From NCBI RefSeq assembly GCF_001194135.2, contig NC_068981.1:119085495-119149494 (forward strand): a stretch of 64,000 nucleotides of DNA, in the 5' to 3' direction. Below, in pieces: positions 26,940 through 40,224 of the stretch. Within the stretch, counting starts at the first letter, position 1. Each line of letters opens with the position of its first letter. The position numbers and the translations under genes are program-made. The notes beneath the pieces were generated by a model that was not told the DNA's origin, did not search any database, and saw only the letters and a list, made by a program, of their open reading frames with translations. The stretch is from Octopus bimaculoides. Taxonomy: Eukaryota.

Positions 26940-27700
26940 TCTCTTGTATTCAGCGCATAAGGACCAAACAATTTTACTTTTTTTTTCACTTCCCATTTTG
27001 GTGTTTGTGTCTTCTGTGAGACTCCAGACATGCTTTGTTTTTGCAAACCAGACCGCATCCTTTACACACAAAGCTTTGAAAGGAAATTATATTCTTTCGA
27101 CCTTGCTTTAGATCACCTAGGTGCTTAATCCTTATATTGACATGGCACTTGATGCCTTTTTGACAGGTTTTTTTTCTCCACTTGTGACAGTCGGCAGCAC
27201 ATTCCTCAAATTCTGATGCTTTTATTCCAGTATGCTTGATATTCTTCAGCTTATCCTTGTATCTGAGAAGAGGTCTTCCCACATTTCGCACTTCCACCTC
27301 AAGTTGACCATAAGTAAGAATTTTCAGCAGTTTTTCATCGGTCATCCTAGCAACATGGCCAGCCTATTTTAATTGAGACTGCACCAGGAGGGCCTCTGTA
27401 CTTTGTAGATGACAATTATCAGACAACTGTTTATTAGAGACTTTTTCCTCCTGTCAAACCATAGATATTGCTATTCGCGATTCAGATCCATACAGAAATG
27501 TAGAAACGACAACTGCGCAGTAAAGTGAGATTTTGGTTTCCAAATTCAATCTTCTCTCATTCTACACCCTTACTTCAGGCTTTCCAAAGGCATCAGCAGC
27601 CTTGGCGATCCCATTTACAATTTCGTCATCTAAAGAAGCACTAGAATTGATTTCACTTCCTATGAATAAGTATGGGAAGGACTTCACATACTTTAGAGCT
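26940..27700 (-). mobile_element. RTE (BovB-like) LINE 3' fragment
   Basis: AGHVARMTDEKLLKILTYGQL...GRPLLRYKDKLK...KWRK, followed by a terminal C2H2-like finger (CKGCGLVC...SHRRH). Confidence 0.9.
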
Positions 27701-28219
27701 GTAGTTCTCAACCGGGGTTCATATGGCCCTTAGGGGGTCCATATAAGATTCCCTTCTCAAAATTTATCTGCAATAAAATTGCTTATACTTCTATTATACA
27801 CAAAATATTTCAACAATTCCTAATAATATTTAATTATAGAAATATATGACCAGCAAACGCCTCCCGTCCACTGGACGGTGTAAGTTCGTGATAGGACTGG
27901 AGTCTAAAACAGTGTAATTCCGCTTCTGTCTATGCTTAAAACTGGGGATTATTTGACATAGTCGAGACGCTAAATCAAAAATGAATTGGTATTCAAAAAG
28001 GAACATGTTTTATTTGCAGATATTGGGCATTAAAATGTGAAAATATGGAAAATTATCGTTCGGAATGCCGTTTAATTGACTGGATGGCTGAAGAATCGGT
28101 ACAGAAAGCATACACAACATTTCCATGGACATGAAGACAATCTGTAAGACATATGAAATTACCTGAGGCATCTGGGAAGCTGTGCATTGAAATGAAAATA
28201 TGCTTGACTTTAACAACGA

Positions 28220-28440
28220 GCATTTGTTGGAAGATTAACATAACCTATCGTGAGGAGTAAATAGCTTGCCTCATTTACAAGTCGGTGCCGAACCTTTGAA
28301 GTCCCTGCTGCTCGGAGACCATCCAGATTCTGAATACTTTCTTCGGAATATAAGAGCCTACAATTCCGCTTTCCAAATTAAAGAATAAACAATGGGCATG
28401 TACGTGTCAAATCAAGTGAGTCACGCAAAAGTCGAAAAAT
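28220..28440 (+). mobile_element. Second Helitron coding fragment
   Basis: Translation PNL/EPLKSLLLGDHPDSEYFLRNIRAYNSAFQI matches the Helitron motif FL.NIR.YNSAF. Confidence 0.6.
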
Positions 28441-28859
28441 ACCGCTCACTTTTTTTTTTTTTTTTATTAGAAACTGTGAGCTAAAGTTTTCGATATTTGT
28501 CACCCAAAGTTTTAGATATTTGTTATCCACGTTCAATTACCAATCAGTTTGTTGTTTTCTACTGTCAATTGAATTTTGCTGTGAGAAAATATTCACACAG
28601 TTGATTGATCGCCAGTTAGTGCCATTTATTCGTTAAAGTTGATATTTTATTTCATTTTTACTTATTCAAAATAATTGCCTTGTCTTCTTACTCTTTTGTG
28701 CTTGCTTATTTATTAAACACAGATTGACATGCCTGGATACACGTGTTCGAATACAGTTAATTCTAGAATGATATCAATTTTTACTGAAATTACATGATCT
28801 TTCATGAAATTGCTTAGAAAGCTTAATGCAATTAATGCTCTGATGCTGATTGGACGAAC

Positions 28860-30924
28860 ATAGCGGCTGTTCGTACGTGATTTGCGGAATGATAGCCAAT
28901 AAGCGCTTCTGAAATCGGATTTTCCATCAAGGATTTTTATTTAAAAAAGGCAAATCACACTTTGAAACTAAAGATTATGTTATGAAATTTAACTGATGCG
29001 TCCACTGTTATGTCTTTTACCTATGTGTAAAATTTCAGCACGATCAGTTGAAAAATACGGCCGTTATAATCATTTACACACACACGCACGCACACGCGCA
29101 CACACACACACACACACACACACAGAACGGGATTTATATATATTATACTGGTCTACAAGGTTTTTGGTGTTTGGGAAATAGACATCATTCCTATACAAAA
29201 TCGGTCTCCTGAATCCAAATGTAACCTTCTTTTTGACCTATCAGATCAAGTTTTTAAGTTATTGAGTCCTATAAGCACGTGGCCGACTGCTATTTTTGTA
29301 ACCTAAATTTGAAGTGCGCTAACCGGAAAAATCGACAAAGGCTTGTCTATCCTGATCTTGCCTTTGCAATTAGACCGGTTCCACACAGTGAAGAGCTACC
29401 TGTTCCTGTTTTCAATGTCTTACCTCAGATAACTTTACCTTCAACTGAAGAAGATCCATCACCTGAAGATGAGACTAGAGATGAAGACTTTCCAGTTGAG
29501 ACTTTACCTCAGCTATTCCCCCAGGTAGAGCTGAATGATCTAGTTCGTGACTTGAACCTTCAAAAAAATTCTGCAGAGCTGTTGGCTTCCCGACTAAAAG
29601 AGAAGAATCTTCTAGAGAATGCTGTCTGTATAACCTTTTATCGGAGTCGGCATGAAGAGTTCCTTTCTTTCTTCACAAAAGAGGAAGAGCTGGTTTACTG
29701 CAGAGATGTCAGTAGGCTTCTTAATGAACTTGACATTGAGGAATACAAACAATAGGAGTGGCGTCTTTTCATAAACCGCTCTAAGCGTAGTTCAAAATGT
29801 GCGTTGTTGCACGACAGAAATGTGTACAACTCTGAAGGAAAAATATGAAGAAACTAGGTTGGTTTTAGAGAAGATACTTTATCATGATCATAAATGGATC
29901 ATCTGCGTTGACTTAAAGATGGTGAATTTTCTCATGGGATTGCAATCTGGTTATACCCAAATACCCATGCTTTCTTTGCATGTGGGGCAGTAGAGACCGA
30001 GTAAACCACTATGTTAAGAAAGACTGGCCGCCTCGAACAAATATGGCTCCATGTAGAGCTGTTAATATATTGAAAGAACCTTTAGTTGAGTGAGATAAGA
30101 TCATTTTCCCCCCTTTGCACATCAAACTCGGATTGATCAAGCAATTCGTCAAAGCTCTTGACAAAAATGGGGAGTGCTTCAAGTATATCTGCAGTATATT
30201 TTCAGACTTGACGATTAGAAAACTTAAAGCAGGGATTTTGATGGACCACAGAACCGAAATATTTTGAAGGACACAAATTTCGTGAAAACGATGAGCGAAA
30301 ATAAAGCATCAGCTTGGCTAGCCTTTGCAGAAGTAGTGCAAAATTTCCTTGGGAAATACAAAAGTGAAAACTATAAAAACCTTGTAACCAATTTGATATC
30401 ACCTTTTCGTGATATTGGTGCGAATATGAGCATCAAATGCATTATCTGTTTAGTCATCTTGATCGTTTTCCTGAAAATCTCGGAGATGTTAGCAATTAAT
30501 AAAGCGAACGATTCCAACAGGACATTAAGGAGATGAAAACTAGGTACCAAGGACGCTGTGATGATGGCAGACCATTGCTGGTGTTTAAAGCAAAATACAC
30601 TTGTTGCTCAACATTCACAGTGCACAAAGAAGCGTAAATTTATTCCTTGAATTTTCTGCCAAAAATCATTGCCAATATTCATTTTCAATTTTGAATTTTT
30701 ATTTGTACTTTGTTTTGTTTTGTGTTACGCTCCTTTTATTGATTCATATTATATGGCTCTTGTATGAATAAAATACTTACTCTATCAGGTTTGGTCAGAA
30801 AACTAGACCTGATAGAGAAAAACTGAAGTTATTTTTGAATTTAGCAGGCAAAATCATTTAAGAATTCATTGAAATATTCCAGGTACCAGAGAAAATTTTT
30901 TTTTTTGTTGCCCAATGTTATAGA
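28860..30924 (-). mobile_element. Non-autonomous Helitron-like element (Lep1-type layout), interrupted by a Chapaev3-like insertion
   Basis: Removing 29146-30917 and one TTA restores the minus-strand 5' end TCTATAATATATATAAATCCCGTTCTGTGTGTG..., followed by (GT)n and ...GATCGTGCTGAAATTTTACAC. The 3' end was not defined. Confidence 0.6.
29146..30917 (+). mobile_element. Chapaev3-like (CMC superfamily) DNA transposon, internally deleted and frameshifted
   Basis: Termini TACTGG... and ...CCCAATG (decayed CACTG), TTA on both flanks, long imperfect inverted subtermini. Transposase remnants: DCYFC, AIRPVPHSEELPVP, ELNDLVRDL, LASRLKEKNLL, WIICVDLKMV, PLHIKLGLIKQFVKALD, NMSIK. Confidence 0.8.
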
Positions 30925-31575
30925 GTTTGTTAAACATAGAATGGCTAGGAGGACCCATACGAGTAAAATAGGAATCAAAGGGATCCATAGGTAAAAAATG
31001 GTTGAGAAAGACTGCTTTAGAGGTTTGTTGTCCACAAGAAATTGGCTTGATGGCGTACTGTGCTGGGACCTGGGTAGTGTTATACCACCTTTTTAATAGA
31101 TGTTAGTTTTGGCTGGTATGTTTTCTGTCTTTTTCACATTTATTATTAGTTCTGATGAGGAAAACCAGCTTAGAACTTCTTTTGCTTCTCAGAAAGAATT
31201 AGCTACTGGAGCCGCCTCATTTGCAAACAAGAAGTCTAAAAGCATTTCGTCCTAGTAAAAGTCTTACATACATACACTCACACACACACGTGTGTGTGAG
31301 TGTGTGTGTGTGTGTTTTTGTGTGTGTGTGTGCGTGCGTGTGTGTGGAGAGAGAGAGAGAGAGAGAGAGAGAAAAGTTGCATGAACTGTATCACGAATGT
31401 AACAGAGACACAATGGACAGTTCAAATTCCAGGAAAATTAATGCTTACACCTCAGTTACATATTTAGTTGAGTAAATATATTCAACCTTTTTTGTTAAGT
31501 TTCTTTCATTGTTTCAAGGGTAATTCTATATTTTTTTAAACGAACATGTAATTCCATCTTATCAATGTTATAGAC

Positions 31576-31606
<31 letters not shown>

Positions 31607-32250
31607 TAGACAGACATGNNNNNNNNNNNNNNNNNNNNNNNNNNNNNNNNNNNNNNNNNNNNNNNNNNNNNNNNNNNNNNNNNNNNNNNNNNNNNNNNNN
31701 NNNNNNNNNNNNNNNNNNNNNNNNNNNNNNNNNNNNNNNNNNNNNNNNNNNNNNNNNNNNNNNNNNNNNNNNNNNNNNNNNNNNNNNNNNNNNNNNNNNN
31801 NNNNNNNNNNNNNNNNNNNNNNNNNNNNNNNNNNNNNNNNNNNNNNNNNNNNNNNNNNNNNNNNNNNNNNNNNNNNNNNNNNNNNNNNNNNNNNNNNNNN
31901 NNNNNNNNNNNNATATATATATATATATATATATATAAGGAAAAAGTCAAGGTAGAAAATGCTAAAATAATTTTATCATAAAAACATTTCAGTACTGGTT
32001 TCAGTCATTGAGACTTTTTCAACTCTAAGTTTGGAAAACGATTAAACTTTGGAAAAATTAAATGAAAAATTTTTTTAAAGAATATTTGCAGAGTATTCAA
32101 ATACAAAGGGCATTTTCTGAGTTCAAATTCCACTGAGATCGACTTTGCCTTTCATCCTTTCGGGATTAATAAAATAAGTTGATTACTGGGGTCGATGTAA
32201 TCGACTTACTCCATCCCCGAAATTGCTGGCCTTGTACAAAAATTTGAAAC

Positions 32251-32840
32251 TGTAGCGTACACTCAGTGAAATTCCTCTCCCCTTTATTATATATACGTAC
32301 ACTCGAACATAGCAGATACCAGCTAGCCTTTGGCTGCTATTTGGACCCCGTTGTGTCCACCACTCTGATTGGTTGGCATCGGCGCAATTTATCTCTTACT
32401 CTGTCGCGCCAATCTGCAGCGTATAACCAATCGGAGTTCTAAATAAGATCACGTGAGACAACCTCTTCACAATCCTGCACAGGTTCCAACATAGCACTGT
32501 TTATGAAATACTTCACCTTGATTAACAGTGAATATACAACCTGCGAGAAGTGACTCAGGCAGCAGCAGCATTACAGCCACAACTTCATACAACACGTACT
32601 GCACCGTCTCGGCATCATCGCCGCAACTTCTTGATACAGTATTTCTATTACCGTATACAATTGACTACGAACTGGTATTTCTCATTCATGTGTCTTTGAA
32701 CATTCGTCTAACTTCTCATTATAGACTCTTTCACTGTCTTCTTTGCTATTCTTATATTTACTTAACGCACACGCATACATCCACGTCTATACACACATAC
32801 ATTTTGTTCTCATGACGCCCTGTCTATTATTCTGTATACA
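32251..32840 (+). mobile_element. Possible solo LTR
   Basis: Starts TGTAGCGTAC and ends GTATACA. About 590 bp, CpG-rich, with CCAAT/ATTGG boxes and a CACGTG. No TSD found. Confidence 0.3.
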
Positions 32841-35800
32841 TGACGCACACACAGACACATGTTAACCCATCAATAAATGTTCTCTCTAAACCTACTCGGT
32901 TGTGTCTCTCTCATTCTTCACTGGCACATTATATGTATTATTCCAGGCTTCTGAACGGAGTCGTTATTAGATGGTTTCACCACGTGAGACCACGACCATC
33001 TATAGAATCAATATGTATGCATGTATACATCTGTCGCCCAGTTGAACTCTCTCATCCGTCCAATGAGTGCCTTTAGTTGTATGTACTCGGTTGCAGTCAT
33101 CCACACAATATCTCCGGACTTTTTTTTTTTTACCGCTTAATCTGTGGAGAAAGGGAAGCATCTATGATCCTTTTTCAGGAACTCCGAGGCTGATAAAAGC
33201 CAGGAAGCTATTTGCTGTTCGGAGTTCGCAATCATTACCCAAATACTTGCAATACATTGGACTCTGCCAAATGCACCTAAGGAACAGGTTTTGAGTATTT
33301 TGTTTTTTTATTTTTGTTCGCTGCTTTCTCGAATTCCCATGACTCTCTGTTGCCATCCAATTCCATTATTATGAGTTTGAATTGGGAACTTGAATCATAG
33401 TGAATTTTTCATTAGCTGATTGCACAACCATGGACGGCACCCCCGTGGATGTGTTGCAGTTACTCTCTTAACAGAGCTTGGTGATCCTGACCATTGATCT
33501 TATAGGATTCCTCCGCTCAGTATCAATGTAAGAAACACCGTTGGCTCAGTTGAGATCTTGCTCTACCTCTTTACAAACCGCCATGCTGCAGTCCCATGAC
33601 TTCGCCGTAACCTTGGCAAAGTGGCTGAACGGATACTATGTCTTACCAAAGGGCAGCCGATAACTATGCAGGCCACGGTCGTCAATCCGTGAGGTATTTT
33701 CAAAATACCTGCATAACTAAATTAATAAATATGAAGCCAGATTAATAACCAGATTAAGTCTACCATTACCCAAGAACAGGAACGGTGTCTCCGATGGGCT
33801 TTCACACAAGTACCGTTTACCAAGTCTCACTCACAAGCCTTTGGTAGATTCGATGATATAGTAGAAGACATTTGTACGAAGTGCCGCGCGGTTGGATCAA
33901 ACCCGAAGCCAATCTTCTTAATTACGCAGCCACACCTGTACACGCACTAATGGTAACGCGATACCGGGATGCATTTATTTCTACTGCAGTCGTGGTTTCT
34001 ACTTACTTTTATCCCATCTAACTTAGAAGCTCTGCTATAATACCATCTGTTCTTCTCTTCCTCTACATAAGCCACAATTAACGAAAAAAATCGCCTATGA
34101 TAAGTGTATAAGTATTTTTGACTTTACAGCTTATATTTCATCCATTTACAAGATATCCTGATCAACTCACCCACACACTCACCTATGTTTAGTGTGTGTT
34201 TTAGTTTTATTTTTTAATTATATTATAGTACTTATATATTTATTTAAGTTTTTCTTTTCAATAAATTAATGCCCCCAAGATATGGTATAACAGTCTTGGC
34301 CCACCTCTCCTTTCATAGAATCATGTATGTACATCACCGCATGTAAACCACCTCGTTGTAAGTATGAATGGGTGCATGTCGCAAAATGAAAAGTAGTAGT
34401 AGTATGTTCTTTCGTGAATCGCTGTGTGTGTGTGTTTGTGTGTGTAAAATAGCACAAATTGAACGAGGAGAATAAGAGATGGACAGTTGAACTACGTGGA
34501 AAGTTATAAAAGGTAGAAAAATATTCAAAAGGCAGTGGACAAAACGTAAACACATGAAAAATTGTGCACGATGCATCGTACACCAGACCAGGTTAGATGG
34601 GGTGGGGTAATGCGTTGTTGCAGCGCGATGCTGCATTCAGCATTTGTCAGTATATTCCAGTGTTCTCCCGGGAGACCGTCAAGCAGTGTCCCAGTCAGTC
34701 CCCATCTCCACGAACCATGTGCAATGTTGTCGACCAACAGAAGCCGTCAACACACAGCAGGATCCTCAGTGAAGAGAACACAGTAAGCGTAATTTACTTC
34801 GAAAAATCGATCAACATGGTCAAACAGACCGAATTGTGCGGGGACCGGCATATCAAAGGATACACCCAACGTCTCTTCTGCGCGTTGTAAATGGCGACTA
34901 AAAGAGATTGAGGTAGGATCTGAACTTTGACCTCGTAAAACCCTCACTAGTATCAACCTTTTTTGCAAAGCCCAAAACTTCTCTCTTCCGGAGAAGTGCT
35001 TCAGCTGCCTAGAAGGCACATTGTATGAAGCGACTGGGGTAAAGCCGTCAGGATACCTATACGTCGAACGGGGGAAAGCTTGGAGGATATAATGGGTTAT
35101 CTGCTAGGAGTAGGAAATCTCGCTTCAACTTGAGGCCTATTTGGGAGGGGATCTGGAATGTTCTCTGTCTGAGTGATGATTCGTGTCTTCCCCTGATTGT
35201 ACGTCGTAAAAAGGAAAATGAAAGTAAGTAGGCAGAGGTTTCAACTGAACTTTTTTATCAAAGTAGAATAAGAAAGAAATAAGATCATAAGAGTGCAGGA
35301 AATAATATGCTACCGTTATTTTTTGAGAAATGTCGTTAGTCTGTTTTACCGTTTGAGTTGTACTACAAAAATGTTTAAACACACTTCATCTTTCCTTGAG
35401 CCAATACCTATATATTTTACTGAATCGTTATTAAACCCAGTCGCCATCGGTTTGTTAGACGTGTATTTCACCAGAGTGTCGAATTATAATTATTTTTATG
35501 GGTCTAGTTGAATTTTAAAGTATCACTGTATCAATTATCTAGCATAAGGCGAGAAATGGGTAAACAAGTTGAATACAAGATTTCTTCTATTTTTAATTTT
35601 ACCTAAAGCTTCACATTTACCAGCAGATCGATTAGTTTGAAACGTTTATACGGTTAATTCTGGAAGAAGTCGGTTTAGACGTGGCATATTAGATGAGATT
35701 TCTCTCATTCACCAAGGATTCCGCTCTTCTGCAAACCAAAGTTAGAATCCCATTCCTCAAAGATCCGGAAATATATAAGACGCTTGAATAGGCAACTCTA

Positions 35801-37399
35801 TGTACAGTGACCTTTATTAGTAAACATCTAGTAACTGCCAACACGTCGTTATACCAGAAACCTAAAATCCCACTCTATAAATCAGTTCTCGTTTATATGT
35901 TGACGTTAATGACCATCATGGCGATGTCTCAAATCAAAATTTACCTTGTTTGAATGCATGGATATTTCCTCTGTAGATCCTAATTGCGCTTTAAACCAGA
36001 CCTAAAATCATAAAGCCTAAATGCTGCAGCCATTAAGTGAATTCAGTAAATTAGAGCCTTATTACTTAAGCAACTAAAACGCACAACTTAAATATTCTCT
36101 TATGGTACACATGTCTAATATAATGTATATTTGTGTCAGTGATTATATTAATAACTTAAACTTAATTGTGTTATAGCTTTGCTTAATAGCATCAGATTAA
36201 AGTAGAAGCTGTGCACGATAAAATGTTTGCTTCCTGTTTTAAAATACTGATTTGATTTAATAGGGTTAGTTAGCATTGCGATGTCTATATTAGTAATAAT
36301 CTGAATCGTTCGACCGATTTTCTTTATGAGACAAATATTAATTAAACTCAATTATTGTATGAGTTTATTGCATCAGAATAGAGAAATAGAATGCCAAGTG
36401 GTCAATTAATTTACGTCTGACAAAATGTAGTGAATCTGCTCATTTACCGTTGCCATTCAATTTGATTATTGTAATTTGTTTTATTTAAAGTGTATTGGTT
36501 TTCAGAAACATTCTGAATATTCGATCAACCTTAAACTCCCAGTCGTTCGCAAAAGTCGAAAATAGTAATAGAGCATATGCAGAATAGTTGAATTGGAATT
36601 GCTAGTTTGCAGGCATTTGGCACAGGGATCTTGATAAAGCAAGGTACTTAACACACGTTACTTTTGTCCGAGGTTAATTTCAATGTTGCCAAATTAGATT
36701 TTGGTTTTATAGCTAGACATGCTATAGTTAACGTTACTTTAATAAGAAAGGCTACCAAAACTTATTTAGCTTAACCTATAAATTTATCATAACATTATTC
36801 TAATAGAATTATTCTATATCAATGGTTGAAGTAGATGGACCTGACTGGCAAATAATGGGATTGCTAGGGCTGCTTCAGTATTCATGTTAATATAAACAGA
36901 CATTGTTTCTATAGTTTGTGAATTTTTGTCAGAGAATTTATAATTACGGTAACATTTATTATGCTATATTATAGCAAATTTTACATATATAATAGCACTG
37001 AAAATCTTTGATTCCATTTTATTCCTTAACTTTAATTTAGGATTACTCATTCTACGAAATATTCTTTCAACTTGTGCACTGACGTGAGAAATTATCGAGG
37101 TTGAAATAGCGCAGTCTGTAAAATCTTTGAATTATAACCCAGAAATAGCTTTATATTGATAAAATTCAGTCTAAAAACGTTCAATATCAGTTTCATTGGT
37201 CCAATATAACACATGATATTGATATTCAACAGTAGATATAGATTTTTTTCGATGTCCCCCCACCCCCCAGCGCCCAAATATTCCATCAATTTAGAAAGTG
37301 GTTGAAAAACATTTCTAACGGAGAAAAATGACACGTTTCTAGAAATTTTAAAACTTTTTGGCAATCTCTATTTGAACCAGCATTAAAAAATTGTTGAAG

Positions 37400-38420
37400 T
37401 TGTCTTCTTTATACAAGCTCCTTTGTTTTTGGTAATTTATTTTGATTCTTGAATTCTTCAATGTTATTTTTAAAATGTAACCGAAATAGGGTTTGGGGTT
37501 CAAATATTCTTCAGTATTACATCATCTTCAGAGTTTGATAGATTTAGTTTACGCTCATATGATTTCGCCAATAATGTTAAATTATTTGGCTTTATCAACA
37601 GCCTTTGACAAAAACGTTTTATTTATTGTTTGTGCTTCATCGAGAATGGAAACCATGAATAACAAATATACCAATTTATTTTCATCTATTTCATTAAAAA
37701 TTTCAAGACTATAGCATTTTCCAGTTTCTCATAATTTGAAAATGGGATTTTTATTCAAGTTAATGTATTATTATTTTTCCCACAGTTAGCTCGACAGATA
37801 ACCATCTATTTTTGAAATTCATACAAATTTTCTGAGTTTTCTCCATCATCAATTGTCTCTTATACGCTTTTATAACGTTCATGATGGAAAAGAAAACCAT
37901 TTGCTTGTTTCTGATATAAAAACTCTGAACTACTTTGTAAACAGTCTGCAGAAGCATGAAAGACTATTAGAATTTCAGCTTTAAGCTTCTGGTATATACA
38001 ATTAATAATTGCAGCCATAGCACTAGCATTATTTGTACCAATATCTAAAAGTTACTTTACATCTATTATTTTTATTTTTTTCGTCATTAATTTATGTTAA
38101 AGCTTTCACAGTTCTTTCAATGTCACATGTATCGAATTCTACCTGATCAAGATGTACAGAGATAACTCTTGTTTTACTAAAGGATATGATAGCCATCTCA
38201 AATATTTTTACGACAATAATATATCATCTGACTCATCTAGTAATAGATTAAACATTCCGTTTCGTATGTCACTTATCCTCATGTCATCCTCAAAATGAAC
38301 ACTGATCACTTTTATATCACTTTTGAACACTTTGTACATTGCATTCTTAATTTGGAAGTTATTTCACTATCATAACACTAACATTATTTTTACATAAATC
38401 AACTAAACGAACACAGTTCG
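37400..38420 (-). mobile_element. Degraded hAT-superfamily transposase
   Basis: Minus-strand remnants in hAT order: CTKCSKVI, FNLLLDESDDI, DIGTNNASAM...IYQKLKAE, NRWLSVE, ILDEAQTINKTF. Many stops, ends not defined. Confidence 0.7.
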
Positions 38421-39142
38421 TTATTGCGTGATACCAGCTCATCAATATGGCAATGCTTTCTTCAAGCCGAGGAGTTTCCTTGTATCTAAGCTTAATACAT
38501 TAAAGTAATGACACTACTTTCAGAAAACTGGCACATAAATATTTCAAAATTTTATATGTACAATCATATCGAAGTATTTTTGCATATATACGTCACACTT
38601 TTAAAATTAACACTGAACAGAACCAGTATCTTTTTCAATTGCAACTAACCATTTTTTAAAAGATCTATCTCTAATCCATTCATTTCGAAATTTTGTTTTT
38701 ACTGTTTTCGTTTTAGTATTTTGGGGGAAAACAAATATTAGAAATTTAAACGATTTAAAGAAAAACTACATTTATAGAACAATTCGCAATTAAGCGTATC
38801 TTATGTGTCTTCCGCCCTCTGTTGTGAAATCTATGCAACTTCCTGTTTACGGTTTCAAAAAAAAATGAAATTTAGAAAAGTGTAAGCCTGAAACGAAATT
38901 TTTAAAAATCAAAAGCCTTGGAAAATTGGATTTTCTTTTTTTTTTTTTATCTGTAAATTTTTTTAAGCATAATATATATTTAAAATGATATTAAAAACGA
39001 TGAAACATATATTCATACACACACACACCTTAAAATGAATGAAAGCGGCTTATTTAAATGATGTATATAAAGAAAAATGAAACAGAAATCGTTATATTTA
39101 AATATACTAAAAGCGATAAGACGTTCGCTAAACTGTCGACTA

Positions 39143-40224
39143 TTTTGAGGGTTTGCCAAAAAGTTTGTTCGCTTTTTTCCTTTGCATTTGGTGTGCATGA
39201 GATCACCCTGAAAAATGGAGAACCAAAATGAACATTATCGACACCTCATGCTTCCTTTTATTTTAAAAATGACAAGAAAGCAGCGGAAACCTGCAGGAAG
39301 ATATGTGCTGTGTACGGAGAGAACGCTGCTAAGGAACGAATGCACCAGAAGTAGTTTGCAAGATTTCGATCAAGAAATTTGTTTGTTCAATATGCACCTA
39401 ATCTGGCCGATCAACTGAGATTAACACTGACACCAACACCCACTTATACGACAAGGACGATCTCAGATATTCCTCAAATATCCAAAACGAGTATTGAAGA
39501 CTATCTGCATCAACTTTGTTATGTTAGCAGGCTCGATGCTTGAATGAGAATATGGCCCAACGAATGCTCATCTGTGATTCGTAGAAGATGTGTAAAGAAA
39601 GCGATCCTTTTTGAAGAGAATGGTGACCGGGGAGGAAATGGATCATCTATAACAATGTGAAGCACAAGCAATCATGGAGAAAGCGCAGCGAACCACCGCA
39701 AACAACCTCCAAAGGAGGACTTCACACGAAGAAGGTTTTGCTTTCAACTTGGTGGCATTGGAAGGGTGTTGTCTTTTACGAGCTTCTTCCCACGAACAGG
39801 TTCATCAATTCGGATGTGTACTGTGACCAGCAAGACAAATTATACAAAGCGATCCTCCAGAAGTATTCAGAACTTGCTAATCGTAAGAAACGCGGCAGAT
39901 GTTACTGAGGCTTGGTTAGTAAGTTTTACCACCCACTCCATATTCAAACGACCTTGAGCTTTCAGATTTCCACCTGTTTCTACAAAATTCGTTGAAGAGA
40001 CATGGGATTTCAGCTCTGAAGAGGAAGTAAAAGCTCACCTGGAAGAGTTTTTTGCCAGTAAAGACAGGAAATTCTTTGAGCAGGGAATACTAGATCCGCC
40101 CACGATCTGGCAGAAGATATTGAAATTAAGCGGCAATTACTGAGTGAATAGATCGCTTTATATTTAAAACCTGTATCTCGTTTTCCCTTTAATAAAGCGA
40201 ACGAACTTTTTGACCAACAGGAAA
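39143..40224 (+). mobile_element. Second decayed mariner transposon (different family from 19-1242)
   Basis: Imperfect TIRs (...GCCAAAAAGTTTGTTCGCTTT / AAAGCGAACGAACTTTTTGACCAAC). ORF remnants MENQNEHYRHLML, RMVTGEE.WIIYNNVK, GLHTKKVLLSTWWHWKGVVFYELLP. Internal deletion around the second catalytic Asp. Confidence 0.9.

Noticed and set aside
31145-31250. Possible hammerhead ribozyme (CTGATGAG...GAAA), also CTGATGAG at 62042
   Set aside because: I could not form stem II closing directly on GAAA, nor stems I and III, on either strand.
34770-34915. HDV-like ribozyme fold around GGCGACTAAAAG
   Set aside because: A P1-like pairing (GAAGAGA/TCTCTTC) exists, but no P3/L3 precedes it and it competes with the only P2 candidate. 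The double pseudoknot could not be built by hand on this copy.
37600-37680. ILDEAQ as a helicase Walker B motif on the minus strand
   Set aside because: It lies at the expected position in the hAT transposase remnant, after RWLS, and no Walker A motif is nearby.
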